From: an uncultured Methanosarcinales archaeon
Lineage (GTDB): Archaea; Nanobdellota; Nanobdellia; Woesearchaeales; CAZPJY01
DNA: 64,000 nucleotides
Reading direction: 5' to 3'
NCBI GenBank assembly: GCA_964587045.1
Contig: CAZPJY010000001.1
Coordinates: forward strand, 1-64,000
In this document: one piece after another, positions 24,001-28,800 of the stretch
How the letters are laid out: each line of letters opens with the position of its first letter
How positions within the stretch are numbered: position 1 is the first letter of the stretch
Notes under the pieces: generated by a model
The model's input: the letters and a program-made list of their open reading frames with translations, nothing else
Database searches by the model: none
What the model was told of the DNA's origin: nothing
Made by a program: the position numbers and the translations under genes

Positions 24001-25524
24001 TGGGTGACCAACGTCACATCCCACAACAAGCTGAGGCCTGACGGTTACTTCCAGGCCAACGTGCAGCTGGACGAGGGGTGCAACATGATCCAGGCGGTCG
24101 CTGAGGACTCGCTTGGCAACAGGAACCCGAGCAACACGATCACGCTGGACCTGGACACCACCCTTGACCTTACCATATCAATCATCTATCCGAGCGATGA
24201 CTTCGGGAAGCCTTACCTTGGAGTCAACCAGGAGCAGTTCGTATCCAACGGCAACAGCATCCCGATAGAGGTGCAGACCAACTTCCCGTCAAACTGCATG
24301 ATATCGCACACGCAGGACCCTGTCGCTCTCGACTTCTCCGGAGAGCCAATGGACACTGTCAACGGAGGTTACAACCACCTCTACGTGCTCGACCAGAGCA
24401 TATGCTACAACGTTGGCGACTACTGCAACATAGGAGGGAACGCATGGCACTCGTACTCGGTTTACTGCTATTCGGCCATGATGAACCTGAGCGAGGCCAC
24501 CGATGTGGACTTCAAGATGTGCTATGACTTCAACTGCATCGACCCGAGCATTGGCAACATCTGCCCCAACCAGTACTACTGCTCCTGCGATGACGCTGAC
24601 CTCGACGGCATCTGCGACACCGACGACAACTGCGCTGACTTGTACAACCCGAACCAGGAAGATTCGGAACCGCTGCCGGAGGCGCCTGACGGGGTCGGAG
24701 ACGTCTGCGACAACTGCCCGCTGGTCTACAACCCGAACCAGGAGAATTCAGACGCCGACCCGGAGGGCGATGCGTGTGACGTTGACGACGACAACGACGG
24801 CGTGCTTGACGGCGACGACAACTGCCCGACGGTGGCGAACCCTGCCCAGTCGGACATCGATGCGGACGGTCTCGGTGACGTTTGCGACTCGTGCCCGGGA
24901 GATGCGGACAACGACCGCGATGGCGATTTGGTATGCGAGGGAACGGGATACTCGTCGCCGATGATTGGCGACAACGACCAGTGTCCTGACGAGAACGCAT
25001 TAGGATATGACCAGTACACAGGAGTCGGCACCTCGAACCCGACGCCTGACGGATGCATCGACGACAGCGACAGCGACGGCGTCCTTGACAATTCAGACAA
25101 CTGCAGGATGGTTCCAAATGCGGACCAGGCCAACAGCGACACGGACACGTACGGAGATGCTTGCGACAACTGCCCGACCGTGTCCAACCAGGATCAGCTT
25201 GATACAGATGGCGACGGCTTAGGCAACGCCTGCGATTCAGACGACGACGATGACGGAGTGCAGGACGGGGACGACAACTGCCAGCTTGTGCCCAATCCGG
25301 GTCAGGAGAACGCGGACTACGACCAGTGGGGTGACGCGTGCGACAACTGCCCGGCCACATGGCAGGAAGACCAGGCCAATCCGGACGGCGACGCTTACGG
25401 AAGCGCCTGCGACAACTGCCCGGACGTCGCAAACGACGGGCAGGAAGACACCAATTTCAACGGCGTTGGAGACGCCTGCGAAGGGCCGATCAACGCTTGG
25501 ATATATGGATCAGGATTCGTGTAA
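1..25524 (+). CDS. Giant surface/secreted multi-domain protein A (5'-truncated, at least 8507 aa): carboxypeptidase-regulatory-like, Cys-rich, FN3, CBM-like, many Ig-like repeats, C-terminal TSP3 repeats
   Basis: Frame 1 is open from base 1 (YFPLVDTYVVAVSG...) to TAA at 25522-25524, so the TTG at 73 is not a real start. It contains repeated D-x-T-P-P / D-x-A-G-N Ig-like motifs, abundant Cys and N-x-S/T sequons, and no C-terminal hydrophobic helix. Confidence 0.93.
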   Translation, partial: YFPLVDTYVVAVSGTPQTYTQDYALIQVAANAGSVHGVVRRPPRPGEIDPVDLEDVVVRIGDKSYRTSYGGYYEITGLDTDPEQTGQTQRDFVLSATKPGYTSRSMVVTVIDSTWVEQNILLVPDDYQFVVTVENGVAQPIGGALVCIDTVGCQETTSTGTVTFSNVPGTDLIITAVAAGYDPKTETVNVAVGAHTIVLTFLTGANICPDGTVAQSCSVANKPLYCDASGNFEFVDCAEQYVTQAGDPNQGAPWCSCPINYVCECQDDPTTPYVDDCLTDDTVSSCRLELDYTCNPDCTISYLNVMSDNICHAECGSQNGCDYATHSVPGLDIPVECDGLPRGTVLSYTDTNGDSWIFECCEGGPTSGVAEICDDALMSDEDNDGEANCADSDCWGRTCDQNYPDKVCNALTGRCTYLCPNPCDSAGLLSYLSGHPAGQQNCECGNKRVTYDSASGEITVMNGTGSITVSPDPNVADDDGYCLMVPEYPYGIVFPTRLECENTWTGTVLPPIVGSGCVQQQAVDEYGNLRFQAGHPVYKQCTTFGCDQTQGGGPYNDLIVERDSLPDSWKNYLCTNQGSDPNNYVSYPESPELYACCDVPATTFCYGCVNGDAYRCPYTGYSYQQQSCPAGEHCCNEPMFEVPPCWEYAERPGDAMRIGGDYTYWYLNTYLAVNYPSYSGSLMGDVTQCVCGSHVEDFVDGYNHYCCNGEFESEDQNGPNSGVSQICALGDVYLYVNIRGSILQGSAAEGANVELKDDINRNGSDGSDPNFRTDPTAEVDRNGEFEMQNVPVRGSHAVFVEVNHAAYEVERFPATAIPFDNDPRHYPNLSVPCLPHGGYCMYRDTGNGQYYLVLAAINLQELPTHEVGGTVESSEDLSPVGDASVALISGNQRYEALTEPISGTFQIMEVPEGTYTLQITKSGYVPYSHPTDIVVGDNIPGVTSPPYNHYQIEPADCDPIEKSIPQIMTFSYELVGGTPTATMTWINDCEVDKFYIMKCVTEDPIDPCLDFIPLYETDQTRYVDTDIEPGMYYRYMVAAVYDFPTVGIGILPEDQWEAQTQLTYFYSGDSKCFSGNLVEWCEVQPDGSSDVYICNYDETSPSYLQARIDDDCGQGQCVMSGGSASCVSDNALMNCERCGLPLGVFSFADGVPAVINGDNCLNQDFCYFDVTSTAADSFMNCTDVRDCYDLHSENACSDFQQCLPSEYGCQWDDTMTISSKEYLLLSELGMGVCHPTDATYQRCSACTDNYNSAYQTCTYTTCKMYGDCFCAHQNPTTQECDLCVPGDEVACSDYKTQTDCEGGTGVLMDVQWLPGYSAKQDGTNDYIHMSNDDLGIHKCKWVVPTGQYGHCIKDADNNPENGNPSQADDDCDRGSLIPGMECVDGDSLNPFTGMLLLSTYGPELDDSYLRVYKSDNVYGPDGIKTWFDVFNNNANDNYPTTLLDYGEDVMPATIFPTATYGGTYYLYYFSEDYSKNLEVLPDSPAGYHQFYWDPEPPQMDMFRVSRDVYEEGGAWFTDITYNFRPTNQEDWLICEGMMLDSSDNEWVPLENELTFFDHRCRYGLATLPTLPDGCDALHTTATLLHPYDLNWTLTFQHLPDNSYRWVYTCYDRARNMVEGVEPLTISANLEMFYLLPTVLPNNPSIITGTVNNTWTGLVDSGIVNMTMRTIEEATCRLDLRNLVRNGDFEDWSSPTSATHWSGISTGATVSRVTDTMQGGSYSLRFHPSGMDTGVEAWIGTYNGWGSDMIPGANYTLRFKAKASVDGAPLDVIVQGAAAPQTFSYVLEDHWKQFTVSFLGNSGEAFVLRFFSADGVSDITLDGVELRLTEGIPYSDMAVTFPVRREIAQGTHIEPDCEFCDQQHWYYQYDFDAADFLSDMGLHNVQWDHYHYYFDIKCEMAETGDIMENVQTNYYDFTIDARPPRTTLLNYDLTPFDLSEWRRPTSLTFYLTCDEDKIRTHDLVTDDGQIIPDPLADEFGCKGIYSCEGLGCQVDLSATPCQPRLYGPNSSGHYIVGGRNQVNGGACAFIPNPNYPSYISWRVLDYGNNVGGTDMNNILFKIDSTPPVIVYPSVAWGPNLTSARYVDIQGSVVDYPYYSDFNAPARSEESIEFLPPRFLLRFWMTYEHTGMQNSFAFTFRGDDQQDPDYLGLRFFPESNTIHLFNSQATPLANIGYPLADNGAYWVEIGFDNDTGVYTLRLNSTEVLTWTDTPGTYDYLKLNAPGGVYDVDGIESYTVTRSYLTVDVPGEQMASGPDMVWAISGATRTYADVRPDGTFTIIGVPLTNEGDNILHLEANDTVRPSGNIFYDYPQIVIRRDTTPPTYGTNGNLLTGVYGLYVGTDGTFAHQEQYPFSGTGTIQLEYGNDTTFNVTINDEAFTAASPEGQVNNVWMELRSEHGGTTNLLRNPDFELYDPTRNSFFGWSVELVQDAANAGNELSYSQSPVFYTMGHSLGFTGFANDQVFLKTGSEPVQNSLRYFIPVDDTMNYNFSLLAMAASGSADVNVGVTFLDGSFQELALPYIYTGQTGAYGTDHTHYFFPSEAVTPAWGLHDFIIYASPTAVATNQLKFPDNTQYVTFIIRFDIRTNDTVGHLDTVSLSPMVGLLPYYSYNGIFNMQRTVIDGTEIQTNFYYNQSLTPDPDPPFFFENLAVGTYSLDIYATDRLGNVGSVTKAVEVVDTRPPVATSTLTFPGGYPQSLIDERVLVRQNNGQNMSYGLALDFDEPMLHEPISIRLTKVGRGALTTYMNGTGATINTPPDNTAKYSSFDRTFTLVDGDIASFFAEFEGNVTLHTAEPDFNSVAHPSSQVIGWFYIDALAPAAPDLFSPVEKIGGKRRAGTGSQVIYTRNADLSIYGFEQRDTSPTPYEDTILLKVTDESINSMFEAGEMTAVELMQYNSWSLEESAISSPAPIEDPVPGVIFDQMQAMAYNGSTSVYIQNMDPNVFSDLSGYVRFGGHERENGAYYRLSDWSESLAGNPVYETVSFEPGLEDNLEAGTDLYWVSGPTPGGWFSINLTMPSTGIHYIYLYAQDDHFNINRLWFNEIKVVYDTTPPETITERTPGDRQVVTSLPPVSFLVNDSESGIDMGSLRLVVDYPNGLRVGFQGSNLSCTAFGENACRVTKALPSPVFGTYAMWLNVSDRAGNYRIFTWDFGYSTNTVGSAVIRTPVSYSTGSCGDGQKHYFDSTDFTFNLVFNSTADNDDRVNIMPSSHVENASVPDLGRTLTFTPDGGDGNHTFAVTSNRDWLSEYDSYMLIVWANKTYYNGSFSLATYYRYCLEADVDEPTITFDAWPYSNRTLIELEGNVEDGGYGSSSNIDNMTLYNYDQAGMRLRIMSFDRGDLAAHGDFREEVNITPLTWLEEGPRTITAVAYDQAGNSNETDITILYDYTQPQASHSSVPLFWIDSSWGIDEENPFVVTFGFNDSDTNPANGLAESGINMSWYCESDGCDPARGDEFEPIPIVVGQSYSDQTATYSLPLDWSTLNNRQYYNIDLTASPIALRDTALTGYIRFDIPMADVEDYHSVSFNSQANGGSLAYRYWDGSSFVDMTDMGGGVYALSGQTARIEVAFSRVNLTDISPTLTSFTVDANVTTYQYQYDYALEFPSDTDTLIRYRTMDNAGNLNPIQEFRVMIDLTPPVFTYSLNTGTGSYANGSWTNQNVSITLGTSNDPPVGGVASGMSWLNYCLGAGCDVSSGTPFTSPIVLDTAGTDTVTIQAQDEAGNPSAPVVIVVRQDFSQPSSGTVTVTTQSGTGVINRIGALDYWISSEGEVRFVGDYTESNVDDITLSGISGGEIDHDASQFFGNFTARGGNNTFTITITDLAGNSYSGDYTVYFDDYDPVINFTGISPGSLEGTWAFTSDPQATVTLTTDEDTWCEIYNSVTPIERSDMTGDGSRTHSFTFGAATPLGALNEERTVSSERYTFECADGYENVATMQFSVTVDVTDPLVSLDLTNPSNYPAQTEIQYIQSDNLLTIVEVETSNPPLYTIDDTSETECKIFIDNSAGAASPAGWDDTSYLMIGDGFDTSHSFMVNLTWMGDMWGTDLDGNYTAWVLCRDRAGNEANATPMQFSADLSMLVVWPDFNNGSIFYDNRSVTLTVNTNKVSTCRLECVTCYGVQMPNVAGGTTAHDFDMVPMPDGTYTLRAVCTTDQPPALANMTVFSFIVDDTPPTRITLTSSTSRNGWNTTGDEPTFNWDYQDNTWVEEFRYSLRDSSGNFVTSTGSINDSIPYYYQGTTSTPDETGAQDYTGLADGSYMFTIEARDGNGQDEWSVAENYDFGIDQTPLDITITYPEDGMRYQTVEYIEAEVSDPNLPGTVSSVNVWYDSQWHAMTSTGGNRYRWENNFTSNVDFNLQVNAEDLAGHISTANVSFGTDTASPAFTFSSPAALTIAHPRDVMTITAQEQLSRPATIRLDGGCATLTLFDVTGEVYTYNITARANTDYCEYTVTATGIDLAGNTGTSTSGVLAVDTRPPSEPELWTPHNLYSDSASYIIYGRHEDEGGLAYTIRIANETSPVFAYQTAAGGPATAPAQAQYNMLVSSNAGTGTIYLSGAAPVTTAQYAGFNHDPDYFRRYSVTGVSMTGPDTVVTINPSLVEDESGPLYVYADQYPTGWFDTTLALSEGVNRIYVRSTDSYGNLGVEPSSPQLTITVDTGDPQISGTQPSGVLNDNMTDVSAVLLDNVGGVGIEPSTIRMDIASSGADDMNNLTIAGGQLTYSAPSGLVRFDISSMAGAYQDGNTYSVTLTGEDRAGNGVNADWQFSIDLNVPAYPDAAITNQVSVDTSVVNDYRYFTDTNETEVTFTFPDPNDQLFRVDVDGSEEASALADILADGTYSSSWGYGSHTLLLHMNKRLDAAHNSSDVAYRYTVVIDDIAPSGITVTSVAYTPESEILVTGSFVEDNVQDITISGMVDSSPIDLGPTQFNGNAFSLHLNLSTANANNTFTATVTDWVGHSSQASGWTVYDTTPPSIDITSVVSTDGADTDMLSDDVYATAAGQVNVSGTFSEANFAGISGASGIHISGSSFWFAARPPAQINLTVTDRVGLTGWDAVSVSHDDEGPVIALHNISDGMILSETGAVTRNNQPTLTVQTDEDSTCTLTRTYPADFNPLTMSGTATTHTYTFDAANELEVENALALYGNRNRFTVNCTDSLENAGSEEIFVAYDNSTPTMVFGVTNPEAGDTIESPEGTGFYLTTLTVEAAEVYTWPASLNRAEDVRCRYAGGKDYVLPPLALSDPATFYTTMTPFPEDWDSTHAQALQMVTLVALYSSLSGNWTYYANCVDQAGNLGDLQRLDFIVDFDNLVVTITRPEYNIYYTQTVQLASVSQQEATCGYSVGTAIPYTDFPSNPAYSHSVMLTLPQGSYTATVECSRQTTTLLLAQDSEDFIIDLTPPSFSSKTADVPEGEWETADNNLSFTFTFSDANAVNRIEIGIYDEQGRALGSPTIYVSPDNASTMSATLSLTSWPDGWYTVRARAADGAGWSDFHNHSFGVDLNGPSIVINDPANMGSFASVSRLDVDAFDSEGVARVWVTDDLTANFTYVSGTTWELLHDFMTDGTRRLLVHAVDTAGNEATADWEFSIDATPPSFQFTTIPTLNIASPMSSLTVTANEPLVSPAIISASGCVRLGSPSVSSGNTVYVYNVTANSNTDNCQYTITASGTDLAGNQGQSTSSAFMVDTRAPVPPTLWGSGTVYSSSRTFTLYGMHTAEGGLDYTFRMSNRSGIGFTYQTASGHAEATPIDVITTLGVSPAGASRLFFVGNVNGTVTNSTYLSFNHNPPQYRHYAVTSVAFDGFNSVVDISPALMASVPDGMQSEVYGTEYMTGWFATSLTLSEGLNDIYSYSTDAAGNAGSENGVQLVVNVDTGHPTILRNQPQGVLNDDQVIVSADLTDNPGGVGIDTSSIRMDLEVAGLMNLTFSSRNLTYSGGVVSFDISSLGRSYADQTQQTVRLYGEDLAGNPAELSWNFTVDLSIPDYPSAQITNQLSVDQSVENDYAYFTDTNETEVTFTFPDPNDQLFRVDVDGSEEASALADILADGTYSSSWGYGSHTLLLHMNKRLDAAHNSSDVAYRYTVVIDDIAPTGITVTNPRFVSGYGIVVSGGFIEENVRNITISGASVQGSPLTLGNADYDSDSYSRAINLTGADGNKTFTVQVGDWAGHTASASGWVVLDTTPPSIDITSVVSTDGAGTDMLSDDVYATAAGQVNVSGTFSEANFAGISGASGIHISGSSFWFAARPPAQINLTVTDRVGLTGWDAVSVSHDDEGPVIQITGFEPGRVISEDEAVTTGPTPTLTVTTDEDAVCTLTDNELSFVTYQFTNTGATSHTFTFNTTNAPVIENMLPQNHHRYEVACVDSLDNTGSQQLYLTYDNTTPDTHFALSNLVAGVIESPEGIYLTTLEVSTFENYTGIAPMDRPEETRCKFVGGKDYTLPAISDLQGFYDGSMAYFTDGWQDEHSERLLMAPLVAMYSQLSGNWSYHVACEDRAGNLGSLESVDFEVDFVSLEVTITAPSADDTVYDGDVTLHAYAQQSADCWYQVTGPDNVPRTQFPDNPGYDHSASLSLLNDGSYTATVDCMRLSSITDSDSIAFSLDTSPPEFFSITADISRDTWSTASNSFNFSAVYDDDTSVVGFEYWLGSGGTTYAHDGTSPGAHYFTTTANASRETLSSGYYNLPDGWYTLYVYASDAARTSALYSYSFGVDRGVPAITLDWPANNTMHQTLSTFQVYASDSEGVEAVWLTGTVSLDLTNIGGDRWGITYDFPDDTNYGLTVHANDSAGHETTAYLSFGTDSTDPYFTFSVAPDPATADQRQVRLAITASEALSGVPRNPVIDGCSRSLGPTLDSQTGLTYYYNVTFRTNQDCAYTVTVGGTDGAGNTGESVSGEYHVDTLPPSAMVLWPRTMPSVIYTNRSQFPVVGYNPDEGLLTVMVDLWNGTAGVSSNVTGTSRSALLNTAGLTQPSLTGAVIIYIEPAYEAGFVAGNHVTFPGADKDHFLRYPIISAQGQAGSLPTIVTLGYGLQHDVSGSANVYAESLPSSWFNETVSLYPGTNTITVTPVDAGNNVGPARSIPSVMLDQNAPSIGTRSPTTTVNDNRTDIVAAISDGQSGIDVSRTELVIDGLALSCDSPAVTCTQTEVRYVPPAAMNPGEHDVSLLIYDRAGNRDNASWTFQIDLNVPDYPSIVVSSFVEAAGEPGVHEEYYTVGGNLAIGFAYSDDVVITGFTEPSITINNDNRTANYTTTLSVDGDYLYEISSEKIIDPSTGQTSAEVHHPFTLIVDGTSPVLNVDRPSLFTTSTSLTVSGTFTEGHVKNISILGGVPSTSALTEGEYAVNRGRGTFSKTVVLPAGDGLKTLTVVIYDYTGHSDTEQVSTTLDRTAPTLTIQGVRPYGEGGIIGTYTVSSDYIEIYGTYTETNVADFTVLETGDEVTYNPDGTFSIVEPAGGDQTFTLMLEDAVGHTANASVHVSVDQAGPRITLTQPWTNYTRTEDVTVVIATDEAATCLINPEAQNYEFVLYMATSDNRTHTFSYDGVEANITNIVNPYRVWCYDQLANNNSVDLQVTLDSVAPRLSVTYSPDLIIDLGTPLTVRTVTRDQNNALEPTYCRYSMYNFDNTVNPGWYGITPPVAYTSSHTLEQYIPYEEFGGGNGHYSMNMTCWDRAGNADNYSFQFDVDTEWPLAVFLDYPRLGAASGSELVIRVNVSKEPENCEYSERRGLVPGGDLGSDSVIGTFGTYGEIRETSLAGLGTENYTFDVRCYIGTAEEDSVTFSVVFDNQGPAPPVIVNPANNTRTASQYVTLTGTAEREAQLRILRGTYLANLTTATGAYSPLNPANDGTFTTTVYLPSDGLYAITVEARDAIGNGPNSTTIFVELDRSGPTIHLYDPAVPEVAASPTTMSGIVDGSPTLIQVATMNCTSLEERYLTNVPTSTLETGDQLLDWSRLALRADRNAQAISLEGNRCGISSFSVGNFAEIGGRRYAVTSCSYQTIFSRTNVGLDGRLPQTFNAWVTNVTSHNKLRPDGYFQANVQLDEGCNMIQAVAEDSLGNRNPSNTITLDLDTTLDLTISIIYPSDDFGKPYLGVNQEQFVSNGNSIPIEVQTNFPSNCMISHTQDPVALDFSGEPMDTVNGGYNHLYVLDQSICYNVGDYCNIGGNAWHSYSVYCYSAMMNLSEATDVDFKMCYDFNCIDPSIGNICPNQYYCSCDDADLDGICDTDDNCADLYNPNQEDSEPLPEAPDGVGDVCDNCPLVYNPNQENSDADPEGDACDVDDDNDGVLDGDDNCPTVANPAQSDIDADGLGDVCDSCPGDADNDRDGDLVCEGTGYSSPMIGDNDQCPDENALGYDQYTGVGTSNPTPDGCIDDSDSDGVLDNSDNCRMVPNADQANSDTDTYGDACDNCPTVSNQDQLDTDGDGLGNACDSDDDDDGVQDGDDNCQLVPNPGQENADYDQWGDACDNCPATWQEDQANPDGDAYGSACDNCPDVANDGQEDTNFNGVGDACEGPINAWIYGSGFV
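97..610 (+). other. Carboxypeptidase-regulatory-like (transthyretin-like beta-sandwich) domains in protein A; further copies at about 2194-2860
   Basis: Motifs GSVHGVV...GGYYEITGL...LSATKPGY, QPIGGALV...GTVTFSNVP...AAGYDP and SPVGDASVAL...GTFQIMEVPEGTYTLQITKSGY. Confidence 0.7.
619..2190 (+). other. Cysteine-rich region 1 of protein A, including an EICDD...DEDNDGEANCADSDC Ca/disulfide motif (1111-1185)
   Basis: Dense Cys spacing (CC, CxC, CxCG) with acidic loops, seen in the translation. Confidence 0.75.
3200..4160 (+). other. Cysteine-rich region 2 of protein A, preceded by an FN3-like domain (about 2890-3130)
   Basis: CERCGLPLG...CSDYKTQTDCEG...CIKDADNN Cys array. Upstream is MTWINDCEVDKFYI...YVDTDIEPGMYYRYMVAAV, a typical FN3 signature. 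Confidence 0.65.
5041..5481 (+). other. Carbohydrate-binding module (CBM4/9-like jelly-roll), copy 1
   Basis: Starts NLVRNGDFE, contains PGANYTLRFKAKA and WKQFTVSF, and ends LDGVEL. Confidence 0.75.
7207..7800 (+). other. Carbohydrate-binding module (CBM4/9-like), copy 2
   Basis: Starts NLLRNPDFE, contains YNFSLLA and FPDNTQYVTFII, and ends LDTVSL. Confidence 0.65.
14365..14615 (+). repeat. 251-bp near-identical direct repeat, copy 1 (copy 2 at 17980-18230)
   Basis: Read by eye, the copies are identical apart from one synonymous change (CCA/CCG). Offset 3615 nt, in frame. Confidence 0.92.
14893..15173 (+). repeat. About 281-bp near-identical direct repeat, copy 1 (copy 2 at 18511-18791)
   Basis: Identical apart from GAT/GGT (D/G). 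Offset 3618 nt, in frame. Confidence 0.92.
17980..18230 (+). repeat. 251-bp direct repeat, copy 2 of 14365-14615
   Basis: Encodes YFTDTNETEVTFTFPDPNDQ...YRYTVVIDDIA a second time. Confidence 0.92.
18511..18791 (+). repeat. About 281-bp direct repeat, copy 2 of 14893-15173
   Basis: Encodes PPSIDITSVVSTDG...VSHDDEGP a second time. Confidence 0.92.
24589..25482 (+). repeat. Thrombospondin type 3 (Ca-binding) repeat array at the C-terminus of protein A
   Basis: Repeated DxDxDG[VI]xDxCDNCPxxxNPxQxDxD units. Confidence 0.9.
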
Positions 25525-25525
25525 A

Positions 25526-25822
25526 ATGGACAAAGGAATAATACTGGCGCTGCTCTTGATCGCAGCGGGGATGCAATTCGACCTATGGGTGCACACGTAC
25601 ACGCCGGTACAGCAGCAGGTCAGGGCATGCCTCGTGGACTCTGACGGCGACGGGTTTTACGACGTCGACGACAACTGCGACTTCGCCCCGAACCACGACC
25701 AGCTCGACGGCGATCGGGACGGCGTCGGCGACCTGTGCGACATTTGCCCACACTGGTACAACCCTGACCAGGGCAGCTGCAGGATGAGCGGCGGATGGGT
25801 AGGCAAGGTGGGAATGGTATGA
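25526..25822 (+). CDS. Small (98 aa) protein with N-terminal signal peptide or signal anchor and TSP3 repeats
   Basis: ATG lies 1 nt after the stop of protein A. MDKGIILALLLIAAG is a hydrophobic stretch, followed by DSDGDGFYDVDDNCDFAPNHDQLDGDRDGVGDLCDICP. Its TGA overlaps the next ATG (ATGA). Confidence 0.85.
   Translation: MDKGIILALLLIAAGMQFDLWVHTYTPVQQQVRACLVDSDGDGFYDVDDNCDFAPNHDQLDGDRDGVGDLCDICPHWYNPDQGSCRMSGGWVGKVGMV
25805..25812 (+). promoter_or_regulatory. Putative Shine-Dalgarno-like site for protein B
   Basis: AAGGTGGG lies a few nt upstream of the ATG at 25819. A GGTG core is typical of archaeal SD sites. Confidence 0.45.
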
Positions 25823-28800
25823 GAACGACAGGATTCATGGGACGTGCAGCGGCTTTGCTAGCTGTGCTCCTGCTCGCGCTCCCGATCACGGCTTCGTACC
25901 TCTTCGTCGAGCGTGACGGGATCGTTTACACAAACGACCCTGCTCCCACCATATACATAGAGTTCATCCCAGACTACGTCTCAGGGCTGGAAGGCTGGGT
26001 CTATGAGCGCGGGAACAGGAACAGGATAATCCTGAGACCCAACCAGTTCGCTCCCTGGCCGGCGCCTAGCAGGCCTTTCAACCTGTGGTACATGAACTAC
26101 ACCAACCCGGCGACCATGCTGCCTGAGGGTGAGTTCACCTTCGAGCTCCGCAACGCAAGCTCAGGAGGCAACTACATGGACGTTCCTTACATGGTGTTCT
26201 TCACAGTCGACACTGTAGGTCCGCCTCCGCCGTCGATAGTCCACCCCGCAGACGGAGAATTCATAACAGACAGCGAGGTGCTGGTCTACGGAACATCCGA
26301 ACCGTACTCAAACGTCACCGTAAGACTGTACAACGCGACCGTGTTCACTCCGGACAACCTCAGGCGCGAAGTGCAGGTGGCTTCGTACGGGACGTTCCAG
26401 CCATTCAACACCAACATATACGCCCTGAAGGAGATACTCGGGCCGCAGCAGATAAGGGTATCTGGCGACCTGTCGGCCTACGCGGGCTTGCAGGTGGAGT
26501 TCATGACCCATCCGGCGCCCCACTACAGGATAGAAAGCGCGTCGGGTTATGACGTCGTCAACGATGAGACCATAGTGAACCTGGTGACAGAGCTCTCAGG
26601 CCCCGTACGCGTGAACGACCAGATCAGGCTTTACACGTCGCCTTACCCGAGCGGGTATTTCGAGGCTACAATGCCGCTACCGCTGGGGGACTCGTACCTT
26701 ACCTCGAGGGCTACTGACCTGCTGGCCAACTCGAGCGGGTACTCGATGCCGGTGCACGTGGTTCGCGACCTCGGCGGTCCGAACATGACCGTCCTCTCTC
26801 CGCTGAGCGGAGCCGTGACCGGGGACGAGCTAGTCCAGGTCAGGATCATCATGACAGACGACACTTCTGTAGCCCTCAGCACCCTGTCGCTGACTACGGA
26901 TTTCGGAGTCTTCGGCTGCTCCAGCAGTGAAGTTGTGTGTACGCCTTCTACTGATGCGCAGTCTATAACCTTCAACTTCACGCCGACCTCTGAGTGGAGC
27001 TATGACACCCACACCGTGACCTTCGTAGGTGCCGACCTCGGCGGCGCGTCCACCCAGGACTCATGGTCCTTCGAGGTCAGGAGCGACGTTCCCTCCGACC
27101 CGCAGATAATCGTGCCGGGATCCCAATTGCACAACGGCATAATCTACACCACAGACGCGACACCTGAGTTCTACATCAACTTCACTAGGGATTCGGACGT
27201 CAGGCTGACACGCCTGTACCTCAACTTCGCGCTTGAGGACGTGCTCGGGGATTCCGAGGACCTCGGAAACGACGTCTTCAGGCTGATCCTGCCCGACCCG
27301 GTTGTAGAGCACGGAATGGGGGACTACGAGATACTGCAGATGAGCGCGCAGAAGATGCTCGGCGACTTCACCTTCGGACCAAATGGCACATTCTCTCAAT
27401 ACTTCGTCGTTGACACTACAAATCCGGTTATACACCTTGATAGTTCGTACGCGACGGTCACAGAGGACTTCATGCTGCAAGGTACGTTCACCGACAACCA
27501 TCTCGACCCGACAGGAGGTAACATAACCTTCTCGTTTAACGATGTCGTCTCAGGAATGCGGACGTTCGCTGCCGAGATAACCAGCTCTGACGAATGGAGG
27601 GTGTCTGTGGACCTCGACCCTGGAGGGTCTAGGACTGTGCCCATCACCGCTGCCATATGCGACAAGGCGGGCAACTGCGGAAGCGCCACGAGCTCTCTGG
27701 TCATCGACACAGGAGGACCGACCCTGACTGTGGATGACAGCCAGGCCCAAGGGTGGACCAACAGTCCGCCATTGGACGTGCTCCTGACCGCCACCGATGA
27801 GAGTGCGGGATCAGGCGTCTCATACATCCGGGTCTGCGAAACTTCCTGCCAGGATTATCCGTACTCAGGTCCGCTTCAGATGACATACTCCTCTGACAGG
27901 GATGTTACCGTAACGGCCACGGCTTATGATTTCGCAGGCAACCCATCAGGTCCTGTCACGTACAACGTGCAGATAGACACAACCCGGCCCGTGACGGGCG
28001 TCGTCGCAGAAGAGGCTGACCTGACGCCCTACAGCTCCGGAGCCTGGGCTGACCAGGACATCTATGTGATGTTCGATGCTGTGGACTCAGGCATAAGCGT
28101 TTCAGGCATCAACGACACGCGTTACTGCATCGATGCGGACAACACATGCGTTCCTGACGCATCAGCGCCTGCTGTCTTGGTGCTCAACGATTCATCACTG
28201 CATTACGTCAGGTACAGGTCAAGCGACAACGCAGGCAATGTCGAGGACGTACGATCCTTCAATTTCAACATAGACAGCATCTCACCTGTCCTGGAAGGTT
28301 ACCAGCTCACTCCTTCGGACATACTCATTCCGATAACTGAGAGGAATGGAGTATATTATTCAGGTGATCCGCGCATATTGCTCACCGGCTCTGTGACCGA
28401 GGCCCACCTGGAAAGCGTCACCGTAGAGCTGAATGGCGGATCTTCGCGCTCAGCCACAATCGTAGGCTCTGACTACCTGTCCCAGCTGAACCTGCCTGAA
28501 GGGCCTTCAACAGTCGTCGTTCGGGCGAGGGACCTGGCAGGCAACTTGGACAGCTACACCCTCAGCTTCATGGTAGACTCAACTCCTCCGGGAATGCAGC
28601 TGGTGAGCCCGAGGCAGCGGGTCAACACGACTGAACTGACCATGATCATCAGCACGACCAGGGACGCATGGTGCGAGGCATCATACGGCGCGACCGTAAG
28701 GAACATGTCATCATCGGACAACACAACGCATTCCTACAGTCTGACCATCCCGCCGTCTTCATACGACGTCGACGTCATATGCAGGGATGTGACATACGGG

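Noticed and set aside
24589..25482. CRISPR array or nucleotide tandem repeat
   Set aside because: The periodicity is at the protein level (TSP3) with synonymous variation, and there is no constant repeat with unique spacers.
25250..25525. 190-aa extended version of the small ORF
   Set aside because: The extension overlaps the TSP3 region of protein A out of frame and is low-information. The ATG at 25526 gives a sensible hydrophobic N-terminus.
25795..25818. Upstream ATG at 25795 as the start of protein B
   Set aside because: The ATG at 25819 has the ATGA overlap and an SD-like site and gives a cleaner signal peptide. The upstream start cannot be excluded completely.
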